Positions 25,553 to 37,700 of a stretch of 64,000 bases of DNA are shown in pieces. The stretch is taken from contig OZ037765.1 in the NCBI GenBank assembly GCA_964035545.1, positions 9,248,698-9,312,697 of the forward strand, written 5' to 3'. The stretch is from Bugula neritina. Taxonomy: Eukaryota > Animalia > Bryozoa. The notes under the pieces were generated by a model. It was not told the DNA's origin. It was given only the letters and a program-made list of their open reading frames with translations, and did no database searches. The first letter of the stretch is position 1; every line of letters begins with the position of its first letter. The translations under genes and the position numbers were made by a program.

Positions 25553-27785
25553 ACATTAATATGCTATGCATTCCTCCATTGAAAACATACATTTGTGTAC
25601 AACAGTCTAATTATTGTAATGTCTAGTATTTTGCTCTTGTTTACAATAAAACTTTAATTTATCTGCAAAAAATAATTGAAGTCTCAAATCTAACTTTGTT
25701 CAAGTTGAGATTTTAAACCATTTATGACAAAAAATAAGCTTAATTACAGTTTCCTAGTTTATTTAGTCTGTTATTTGAATACCAGAAAGAAAATTAGCCA
25801 CAGATTCAATCTCAGTTTATGCAGTTTATAGTTATGGTGATTAATTCAATATAATTTGTATTATAAAGACAAAATGAAGAAAATATCATTCAACAAGTTG
25901 ATAGTTTTATATAATTAAAATTTTACAGTCTGCTATAGATAAAAACAATAAATTAAAATGCAACGTAATGTATAATACAATTATTAATGTGTACCACGTT
26001 TCCAATGGGGCACTTTTAACAGATGAAAAGATGTGTAGAAATGTTTCTGGCTTTTGTTCTTTTGAATCTGCAAGATTTTAAATGTTTTTTTAAGATACAT
26101 AGTGTGATTTTTAATAGTTAAAGAACAAGTAATAATTACTGCTTTGAATGTGTTTATTATTGGAATAGGATATGTTGTCTCAAACTGCATAAATACATTT
26201 ATTAGGCATGGAAATTTAAGTGACTAACATGCTGACAGAAATTTGTGTAGTCAAAACGTTTGCAAGAAATAAGTTTTCTTACAGAAATAAGTTTTCGAAA
26301 TAAGTTTATACACAGCATTAATAAACAGGTAGCTATTGACCTCATGTAGATAAATTCCTGTTGTTTAAACTCTTAACAGTATAACTGGCTGATGGTTAAT
26401 TATTAATTCAAACAGATTAAATGAAAACTCATTGGGACTGACAATGACTGTCTGCAGCCACTCTTTCAAAATACTAAAGAGTACAAAATGTATATTTGAT
26501 TCATATACGAAAAAGTTTGTATGCAATATATGAAAAGATGTTAATAGCTAAAACCGATGTTTTGTTTAAATGCTTTATTGCATCAATAAGTTTAATGAGA
26601 AAGTAGATAATATAGGTTGTCATTCAAAATATGGTAATGATGCGCTAATAGTGGAGCTAGTGGATGCCCAGGTCCAAAATGGTCAGCAACTTCTCAGTCA
26701 ACTAACATCTCTCCGTCAAGAAGGCTACAGTGTACACCGCCCTGAATGCTCTGAAATTAGATTGATTTTTGAGATCAGGTTTTAGCCTATTCCATAGTGC
26801 AGACTTCTGGTAACATATACTTGATCTGCTAATGAGAGATGTCCTTTTTGCTAAAGACTCCTTCGGGTGCTAATTAATCAAAAAGCTATTGATGAATAAT
26901 ACCATTATTCAAATTATTGTAATAATCAATTTTGCATTTCAACTAAATGACAGCATCACGAACTAATGAAAATGACACGTTAAGACAATACACACATGGT
27001 GTTTTCTTATAAATGTATTCATAATTAATGTTTAGCCACATTAATATTGCACTGCATTTTCGTGTCAGCTTCTTTTGGCCTAAAAGCTCCTGGCAACATT
27101 AAAACTTAAAGTTAACTTTTCTATCAAATGGGGTACATTCCTGATACAGGCTGAATCTGCCACAATAAAATGAAATATAGTTTTTTATATCTAAAGATTT
27201 ACTAAGAAAAACTTTTCTTAGATTTTTAAAGGAAACTTATTATTTTTAGCTTGTAACTTGTGCAAGAAAACAGTTCTGATAACTACGTTGTATAGCAACA
27301 CTACACTATACCTACACTTTAAAACTCCACCCATACTCGGTAGATATTATATAAGTTCTTATTCAATTCACACTATAATGGTGAGCATAGTATGGCGAAG
27401 AAGCAAATACTGGCAAAAATGAAAAAACATGTCAATATTAAAAATTAAACGAAGATGACAAAAACAAATGATTCATAGGTGTAACATTTTGAATCATCTA
27501 ACTAAATGCTGCAGATAAATTACCCCAAGCAATATGTTTCCCTGAAAATGTCAACCTGATCATATTAACCTCATCAGATAAAAAATAACAGAATCAGAGA
27601 GCTATAATCTTAGACGCTTGAAACTAAGGATTGTGTGACAGTTTGTATTAACATCATATACTGGTGTTTGTTTACCACATCAGCCTGAATGAAAATAATA
27701 TAGAAAAACAAATATCACCAGCAAATTAAGTCAAAACTCATTACTAAGTCATTTGTTGACAAGCTTGCTTTTGTAATTGGTAACT

Positions 27786-27854
27786 GCAGATCAGCGTGAG
27801 GATAAAGCTATCCTTGCCATTGGTAACGACAGCTTTATCCTCACGCTGATCTGC
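27786..27854. repeat. 69-bp near-perfect palindrome (24-bp perfect arms)
   Basis: gcagatcagcgtgaggataaagct ... agctttatcctcacgctgatctgc; the centre also pairs imperfectly. Confidence 0.9.
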
Positions 27855-29881
27855 GAGCATATCAGCTATGCTGAAGCTGTTTCCCATCCCAATTATTATT
27901 ATCTATTGGATGAGTAAAATAAAACACTATCAACTGCTCTAAGTGAGAACCAAATCTTAGCGTGTTGCAGTTTAGCTCAAAAAGTTTGGTTGACTTAATT
28001 CAGTTTGGAGTTCGTACATATATATGTATATATAACACATGCAAATACAAATATGCATATACAGTATAATATATATATAATACATTAATATATGCATATA
28101 ATACATGCATATAATACATGCATATAATACATACATGTATAACACGTGTGTGTGTGATCACTTCGGTCTCATGCATCAAATGAAAAATCCACTAGCATAT
28201 TACAAAGCATAGGGACGTAGTGAAAGTGAAATATAATGCTTGCAGAAGTTATTTTTAATTTGCAAGTTGTTGATATGGAAGGTATTGCTAGCTAGCTAGA
28301 ATACTATAATAATATGAGGATGGCACTTCTATAAATTCCAATTGCTCATTTTTAAGTAAAAAGCCTACTTTGATATCATTTATCAACCAGCCTATGTGCA
28401 GAGAAATTTGTAGGAATTGATATAACCTTAAAGTACTAATATTTTATTTGAACAATTTCATCAAACTAGAAAATAAGATTATATCAAGATAATAAAATAT
28501 CAACAAAATTAAGAAGCTATGCCTAGTCACAATTGGCAGGTCATTAGCTGACTTGCTAAGCCTCCTCGTGCAAGGCAGTCTTTAATAAGTCTACCAACAG
28601 AATATTTATGTTCAGCTGAACACAAGAGAAAGGCAAGCTACAGTAAGTTATAGTCCTTTGACTGTATTAATAACTGCCACCAGCTTACTAAGACATTATT
28701 AGACTAATGAAAAGTAAGAGATGCATAGATAAACACATTATTAATATTTGTCAACATGAAGCCTGATTATTGATAAATATTTCATCACTGCTGCTGCTGC
28801 TGAAAATGAAACTTCAGGAAAATACTTGATGCACTTGGCTAAAGCATTTAATTACATTGAAGTGTGTAAAGCTGAATTTCAATTTGAAATGTAAATAATA
28901 GAGCTTTCCCAGCAAATACTTTGCATATTGTAATGTAAATTATGAATTGTGAATCATGAAGACAATTGCGTAATGAGCTACTCTTATAATATAATATGTG
29001 GAATATATAGAATATTAAGCAATGGTTGCCTGTATACGTGCGAAATGGCCTTTTATTTCAGAGCAGGACCCAAGTTTACAAGTTTTCATATCACGAAAAA
29101 AAATTGCATAGTGCTAATCAATATTTTACAGCAGATAGCAATTTAGGTGCAACACTTTTCCATCATGATACGTTATTACTGCAAAGGTATCATGTGATTA
29201 AGTTCAACCATGCATTGTGATTTAATGATTGTAAACTGAGATGTAAACCTGCCAGCAGTATGCATGTGCAAGGCTTATAGGCTATGATTTTGTGGTAACA
29301 TTCAAAAGCTCAATATGTGCTTGAATTATCTAAAATTCTTTAATAGAATGGAATAAATAAATAAAATAAAAACAAAAACAAGGAGTAAATAAATGTTTTT
29401 TCACACAAATACAATAAAAACATATATATTATATATATTGCCAAATGGTAAATATATTTTTTAATTTTTCAACACATTCTTTGGACTGACAGCTTGCTGC
29501 TGCAAGAGAAATAATATAATATATCATATCATAATCTATAATGAAATTCATGTCATATGTATAATATATGACTTGCTAGATAAGAAAAAGAGTCATATTG
29601 AACTACATTTATTGACAAAATGCTGCCTCATAAATAATATATTTAGCTCATTAGATTATATACTTTATTACTACTGCACTCGGACAAACTTTAATTTAAT
29701 CAAAAATAATGAATAAAAACCATCATAGTTTGGGTAAATACAAGCATTGAAATAATGTTTTAAAATTTATAAAACTCTTCTAGGTGATTGGCATGCACCA
29801 ACATTACAAGCAATTTATTAATGTTTATTCTGTAAATATTGAAGAGAAAGAAATGTGTTTATGTTAGCCAGTTTGTTGCAA

Positions 29882-32800
29882 TCAGCAGGGCAGACCTGTT
29901 CGTTCAATACACAGCTTGTCTGCCAACCCCCTGTGAACAGAACATAACAAATTACATTAAAATATAAAACATATAACATTAAATGGAGCACTTATATGAA
30001 AACAAGCATATATATTCTATGACAGTGTTGAGATGTAAGTAAAAACAGACAAGAACTACTGTTATAATGAACAGACACAAAGCTTCATTTAAATACTAAA
30101 AATCAATACATTGTATTTAGAGTCTAGCAAACAAATTCAAATAACTTCAAAGCAATAATAACTGTTCATTTACAGTATTTGCAGGAGTAATTAAACAAGA
30201 AGAAATTGCTTACACCACAAAATTGTTTACTTCAAATGTTTCAGAGTGGGTGTAATTTATGTACTTACACAGTTTCCTTGTGTTGCTGCTGGTTTTCAAT
30301 GATGTATTTTAATAAGAATCTTATAACAGCGTTTTCATCCCTTTGATTCTGTTCATCTCTACAAGCATAATCGATGCAACAGTAACTACATGTTATTTGT
30401 TCAAACGCATGTAATATGTTGTCACTCGAAGCCATGATTAATTTTCAGTTGAATTTATAAATGTTTTGAAAAAGTTTAATTAAAATGAAAATGAAATTTA
30501 CTTTTGTAAACGAAATCAGGAGAAACGTTGCTTTTATCTTTACTCATAGGTAGCAATTGAACTAGGAAATAAGGAAGCTACTTCAGCCACCGTCTTTCAG
30601 AATTATAAATTTAGTTGGAGGAACCTAATTATTTACAATGGTTACTTGTATAAAGAAAAGATAACTCTATAAGTAAGCTTTTAATGGTCTCAAAACCGAA
30701 ATAGATTTACAACGAAGCCAGCTATGAAATAATGAGAAATCAAACTAATAATGCGATTAATTAATGTTATAAAGATAGAAAATATAGTTAACATAATTAG
30801 TCTAAAGTATTTATTGTAAAGTACTTATTGCAAAAAACTAGGGAAACAATAAATTTTGATGAATATCTTCGAGTCATCTACAGAGTGTCAGTGTAAATTG
30901 TTATTTTTATATCAGATCATTTAAAATAGAAAAGACAACTTTACAAATAAACTGCAGGGTTCTACCAATATAATTAGTACTTCTTTAAATGATCTTGCAT
31001 TTAGAAATATGTTTTTTATTCAATAAGAATTATGAACAGTTTATATTTTTTAGAAGATTTTAGCAAATCTTCTAAAGGAATATACCTTATCTTGGACCAT
31101 TGACGCGAGCCTCTACTTGCTCCATCATACAATGGGGGTCTCATAGCAGATGAAGGCTCATCACTAGCTTCGCTGAATTCCCGCTTGTTTCCAAACCAAT
31201 CTGAATATCCTGAAAATAATAAATTAGAGTTAAACTTAAAAGCTGTAATGCAACATACTATATGTCATGTGTAATACACACAACTAACTCAAGCAAGTGT
31301 GATAAATTGCCATCATTAACCATGACTTTGTAAAATCATATGGTAACTGGGTTATAGGTTTTTTGTTTTGTAAGATTCAAACATTTGCACTGTTTATTTT
31401 AATACGCTGCTATTATTTCAAAGCCAAACAATCACAAGAAGCGCATTTCTAAAAAATAATTATAACACTTTGGTTTTTCAACAATTCTCATGTCCACTAA
31501 GGGTGCTTTCGGATTTTGTTAAAATAATAATGAACTATTTTTTTGGAAATTATTATGAATGTCTTACAATATTTTAAGCACACTAATAAAATGCAAACTA
31601 AAAGATTTTTTAAAACTTAATAAAAATATAGTTATTAGTGGAAAACAGATATTTAATGTCTGCTCAGACTGTATTCACACTGTGTAGGTATTATTTAATT
31701 TGTGGAGAAAGTGACAAATAATTGAATTTCTCTGTTATATTATTACCATTTAAATTATTCAATTATGGAGTTAACAAAGAGTATGCTATATTAAATTATT
31801 ATATAAATATTACTAAAAGCGCTGTCAATTGTAGTGCATTGAGTGTGAGCTTATAAGATATTTTATTGCAAATAGACAAAATATCTTATAAGCATCTGGA
31901 CATTTCAATTTTGAGTTGACGTTAAAAAAGGTATTATTTTGACTTTCATAATATCTGAAACATTACACTAACTAGAATACCTTGCATATACTCACCGTTT
32001 ATATGTGCAGTCTGAACAAGTGCGCAGTCATTCATAGTATTCATAATGCAGTTTTTCTTGCTGTAAACAAAAGAAATGATTCAATGAAACTATATAGTTG
32101 TCTTTTCTTGACTATTAACCTAATTTTGAAAAATATATCTATAAAATTTTATAAAATAATTTTCAATGATGACTATTTTTCTTAGATACATAAAACATTT
32201 TTTCAAATCACACACCTAACTATGGAGTGCCAAAGGGTCAAAAATTTGCTTATTATTGCATCTCATAGGCTTATAATAAAGTGTCTGAGCATACGAGAAA
32301 GAATAATGGCTAGATACTTTATTGTAAGCATATGAGATGCAATAATAAGCAAATTTTTGACCATTTGAAACTCCATATGATGGCATCAATTTTAACTGGT
32401 TTAATAAAAACTCAGATTTAATACTTTACTATCATTAGTCAAAATTTGAAATTGCTCAATGTTTATTTAAAGAAATAAAATTTATAGGAGTTGTAATTCA
32501 TTGAACAAAATAGCTAATACTTGCATAAACTTTATTTAAACTAAAACGACAAAATAAAAATATTGCTAGTTAGATTTGACATAAAATTAATGTATATGTA
32601 CTTCCATCTAAGATAAAAAATATCAAATATTTTATCTTCGAATTAGGCATATATGTTAATGAAAAGTAAAATATCCAACAGTTCACATGAATAATATAAT
32701 ATACGGTTTATAACTTATGCAATGAATGGGAGATAGACAACTCCTAAAACGTTTTTATTTGGGTTGTTCTGAATATTATTATGCTTACAAATGATCAACT

Positions 32801-33781
32801 ATAATACAAAAACAAATAAATAGTACCTACCTCAGTGCTTTGATAGGTGTTGGAGGCTTGCCTGTTATAGGCCGGGTGAAACTGTTATCGCCAGGTTTTT
32901 CCTTCTCTTTCATCATAAATTTCAAATCATTCAATAACTGTTGTAAATCATCTTTGCTAAAAAATTTAATGCAGGTGAAAATTTATAAATGATTAATATA
33001 TCTATTAGCAAATTGAAATTGTGAGGTATAAATTATTCAATATTATTAACAGACAATGGGATGTCAAAAACGTTGAGCTATGTGTTTAAAAATAAAATTC
33101 AAATTATCAACCAATGGCAAGCAAACAAACCATGGAACCCATAGTCAAAGTACTACTTTAAATGAAATGCAATGATGCTGCTTCATGATATGTCTAGGGA
33201 ATAAATAGTTATTGTAATGTAATAACTTTAGCTAATTACATGCAGTAAAAAATTCTAGTGTTTTAATTTATTTGCTATTGATCCTAGATAGTACCCACTT
33301 TTCAGTACATTATAACAATAACTGCATAATAAAACCACAATTGTAAATTATATATTGATTAAAGCAGCAACATTAAAACCATTGGTGTCTATTCAAGCGA
33401 CTTGCTAATCATATATCCATAGAATTGTTGAAAGACTGAACCCTTTGTATCTTAAAGTACAAATCTCTCATCATTCTGTTTATAAAAACTTATAAAAAAT
33501 AAATGAACCCAATAAATAAAAAAAATACATTTAATCAAAATATACAGACAGACAAAAAGATTTGCAGGTCATTCAATATAAAAGCATAATTTCAGCTTAA
33601 TATTATGATTAAAATTTTTGGGTAAAACTTTGCTTAGTGTGGTTAGTGTGAATTTAATATTAAAAGGCAAAAAAGTTGATTGTTCCTACCTTTTTGCATC
33701 ATTTCTTCCATTCTCAATAACTGCTGTTATACACACGCCAACACATGCGCAGAAGAAAATAACTGCAGAGTATTTCTTCAT
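29882..33781 (-). CDS. Calcitonin-like neuropeptide precursor, 181 aa; exons 33781-33690, 32956-32831, 32060-31996, 31209-31086, 30358-30269, 29930-29882
   Basis: Six phase-compatible GT-AG exons (546 nt): signal MKKYSAVIFFCACVGVCITA, pro-region, KK-NCIMNTMNDCALVQTAHINGYSDWFGN-KR, acidic spacer, C-terminal GLADKLCIERTGLPC*. The gene model is well supported; the family call is weaker. Confidence 0.75.
32221..32377. mobile_element. MITE-like foldback (~70-bp imperfect arms) in an intron of the neuropeptide gene
   Basis: tatggagtgccaaagggtcaaaaatttgcttattattgcatctcata... / ...tatgagatgcaataataagcaaatttttgaccatttgaaactccata; TA at both ends. Confidence 0.8.
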
Positions 33782-34549
33782 CTCTTATGCGTTTCTACAA
33801 GAATTGAGTTAGCTTAAAGACCTGTATCATGACTACTAGCACCATTAGCCAAGTCTAACCCATTATTAAGTGTACTGTGTATTGTTACAAACAGATAATA
33901 GTTGATGAATTACTGATAACAGCTGAACACCTGGCATAGTAATTTTTGAACTACACTGATAATACTTGTCAAATCTAAAACTAACAACCAATATCTATAT
34001 GCCTATGATTTTATTGTAATAGAACTGGTTATTGGAATTTATATATTTCAAAATATGCAAATCCAATTATTGAGCTAGAAGTTTTGTTCACTTAATATTA
34101 TTTACAATATTTATATATTTTTTAAGAAATTTAGTAAAAAAAATTTGATCACCAAACCTGTTTTTTATTTGAGCTGTATTAAGAGTCTTGAAGTTTACAA
34201 ACATGTGTGTTTTAGAAGTAAATTCGCCAATTATTAAATATTGAAAATAAACTCCTGTAAGCTCATAATTGACTATCTATTATTACATTATTAGACCATT
34301 TTTAATATAGGATACATACATTTATTGGTAAATATATAATTTATATATTTATTGGTTAGAGAATCAACACAAGACGTGATTTGTAACTATATAACTTTGC
34401 AGACAATAAATAGGTCTACAAATATAAAGTATTTTAGCTCAACAGAACCACTATCTTACGTACGTAGATAATATTTTTATTTTTCCTTATTAATTGACAT
34501 ACATATGTATAATTCATATACAACAGGTAGACAAGAATATAAATCTTAC

Positions 34550-34770
34550 AGAGTGAAATATTTTCCAGGGCTGTAACAAGCTGCAATAGTACAGCTGATT
34601 ATTGCAAAGCAGTATAAACTTAAACTGTAAGGTTACATACATTGCAATAAATGATACAAATTTTCCTTACCTGAAACTTGCAAATAAAAGATTAAGTTGA
34701 AAGTGAAAAAAGTTGACAGAAAATAAAGCTGTCCTTTCTCTTGGTGCGTGGAGGTTGGAATGAGTGAGTT
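34550..34770 (-). other. Possible 5' non-coding exons of the calcitonin-like gene (~34770-34671 and 34624-34550)
   Basis: Minus-strand donors CAG|gtaagg (34670) and TCT|gtaaga (34549), acceptor cttacag (34625); the ATG exon has an acceptor at 33795. The implied 46-nt intron is short. Confidence 0.4.
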
Positions 34771-37700
34771 TATGTGAAGGTGAGTGAAGTTATTAACAGA
34801 AGAAACTTGTTAATTATTGATAAGGGTGATAAACAAACACAAGCTATGCTTAGTAACAGAAGTGTAAATTTAATTTTTAACTTGCGAAATAGCAGTGGAA
34901 TTTCATCATTCAAAACGTTTCCTATAGCATAATCACAATATTTTAAACAATTTATATTAACAGAAAGTCTATGAACCACAGTTGGTACATAAAAAATTTA
35001 TATGAAAAATGACGGTTTTGAATGTTCAAATCAAACTATGACCCCATTCCCCCAGTCTTGCCTACACAAAATCAATCCACCACTTGAAAAAAACCAAATA
35101 AATCAACTGTTTAAAGAGCGTCAATAAACATATATAATGACCGGTTAAACACTCCAATGCTTGATAAAATCACTTTATATTTTATTAAGTCAACATTTAC
35201 CAACTAACACGTATATGCTATATTATCAAAGAAATAAAGCACCGCTTATGATGTCACAAGAAACAACTATATTCACGGAAAATCAACAAACTAGCAAACA
35301 AATAGCTGTTGTGCAAAATCATTCAAATTCTATTACCTGCCGGAAATGATGATTGCAAAATATGCAATATTTATACAAAGAATGGTACGTGTGCTCTACT
35401 GGTTAGACTGTTGGTTTAGTGACACATTATTGGTGTTGGGCTGATGGTTAAACTCGGTAATTTCCAAGAAGAGTATTTCACATAGTGTGCAATAATAATC
35501 CCTCAGTTACATGTTGGCAGAACATTTTATAGCTTCTTAAAACCTCACCAATATGTTTCTTGTAGCCATAATAATTAATTATTATACTGATATTTATAAA
35601 AAAACCCTGAGCCTCACTTTAATATCTGTCTGCATAATTCATACAAATACTTTATAAACTAAAAACATACCAGCTAGAACATAAAATATATAAAAGTATA
35701 GGAAAAGACAAATTTAAATCATCATAATCTTTTACACTAAAGATTGTGAATGTAACAATCTATTGTGATTGAAAATGTAGTATATATATAATTTTAGTTA
35801 CCAGAAGTTGATCTTTCAGATTCTTTATAAGATCTTGTTTTTAAAGAGATTAATGGACGTATCAAATATGAAATTTGCCACAAACCATACTCCAGACAAG
35901 CTGAGAACTTGTTTACTAATTAATTATGGCATGAATGAACATCTCAATAATTATGTCACTTTGCTTAAAACCAGCCACTTTATTTAAATAAAATATGTCT
36001 CTAGAGAATAGCTTGTCTCAAGAGATTTTACAAAGTTGTGCAAGAATGAGGCTCGACTGGTGATGCAGTGAGTGGAAGTAAAAATACATACCTCATTTTC
36101 AAAAATATACACTATTTTAAAGCGCCCAATAAACTTTATAAAACAGCACAGAATATGACAATCGCTTGTTACATAAAACTATTCAAAAATAAAACATATT
36201 TCCAGTTTATTTCAACGTATTATTTTTATATAAACCATACACACCTTTATAGAGAAACTTTTATAGCAGTAATCATGATCATCATTAGTATTATTGTTAG
36301 AGGTATGTAACTGCCATCACCCCCATTGAAAATGACTTCACCCAAATTTGAGCCTTTATAAAATTTCAATTTTTATAAAGCATCATAGTACATTTATATA
36401 TATTTGTATATTACTAGAGTTTATACTGATAGATTCCCAAATCACTAGAATGATCACTAATTTTGAAATAAAGAAATGACATACCTTTCTATACAACGTA
36501 ATTAATTTAAAGTGAACTTTCAAAGTTGGATAGTTGCTAAAACTCAAATGTGAGAAAATATAAGTTTTAATCTTAAATGTGCCAAAAGGTAGTTCTTGGT
36601 GTAAATTATTGACATATTTTGTGGATAATTCGAATATGATTATACTGTTTTGTATAATTATATTTCATACAAGCTGTGAATGTAAATTAGTAAGTTTTAA
36701 TTTAACAGCAGCAAGATTGATGTGCCTCTATTAGCTTACATTACAATGCATATACAAAACAAGAATTTATAAATTATTATCCTTCTAAAATTACAAGCTT
36801 ATGACTACTCATCTCAAAGGTAAACAAACAGGTGACATAAAACCTAAGTATTTAATATCAACAACTTGTAGTACATGCATCTTCCCTATAAAAAATTAAT
36901 GATTTGACTACGCAATTCCTAAATTGCTAATGAGATGACTTGATTGTTATGATATCTCTTGGCAACACCTTTAAAAAGATAGTCATCCTGAAGTATGCTA
37001 TAGTAGGGTGTAATTTATAGAACCACTAAATTTTAGAATAAACTAGTAATATAGTCATCTGTACATTACATGATAGCAAAAATCCAAACCAAAGGTTGTA
37101 TTGCTTTGTGCGATTGGCTCGCTTATAGTAGCAGTAGAGGAGAAATTGAGATAGCCTAAGTTCTTTAATTTTGTTATTAAATTTTGGTATGGGGTGCAGG
37201 TAAAAATTCTTGTGAGAACATAACTTCTTTTGTTACATTTTTAATCTAAAACACAGGCTTTTCTCAATTTCTCCATTACTGCACTTGGTGGTTTACTCAT
37301 GTGCAAAATTATTAAATTAAATTTTAAGCCTAAACACCAAAATACATGTGACATTCAAGTGAAAAGAGTGATATGGGAGACAGTAGTTAGGTTCACTCAG
37401 TCTAAGCTATTAGTGTTTACTAATGCTTTCACATGCCTTGTGAAATTGTGGTTAAAAACTGAGCACACAGGAGTACACTGCATGTAAGCTTACAAAATAT
37501 TGCTCTGTCCACCTACTAATAGCAAAATTTTACAGGTGGCACCCAACAATATCTTGGAAACTTTAATTTAGCTAAAATATTTTTATTGTCAAAATAATTT
37601 ATACATGTATTGATTTATGAAATTAGAATCAATTCACTTCTTGTATCTATAAATTGCAGAGTTCTTCATGACACAAAAATATGTTTGGCTGCTTAAGGAT

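Larger units (their letters stand above)
13060..25840 (+). repeat. Tandem segmental duplication: unit A ~13060-19700, unit B ~20005-25840
   Basis: Colinear similarity of introns, NHERF exons 3-6, 3' UTR and the peptide gene (e.g. ataaacataataaa..tattcattcaatttcactttgacaataacc at ~13072 and ~20012; gccacagattcaat at ~19643 and ~25797). Confidence 0.95.

Noticed and set aside
26570-28810. Scattered exon-like segments (e.g. ORF 26570-26785; minus-strand acceptors near 27685, 28617 and 28800)
   Set aside because: Could not be chained into a phase-consistent gene or a recognisable protein
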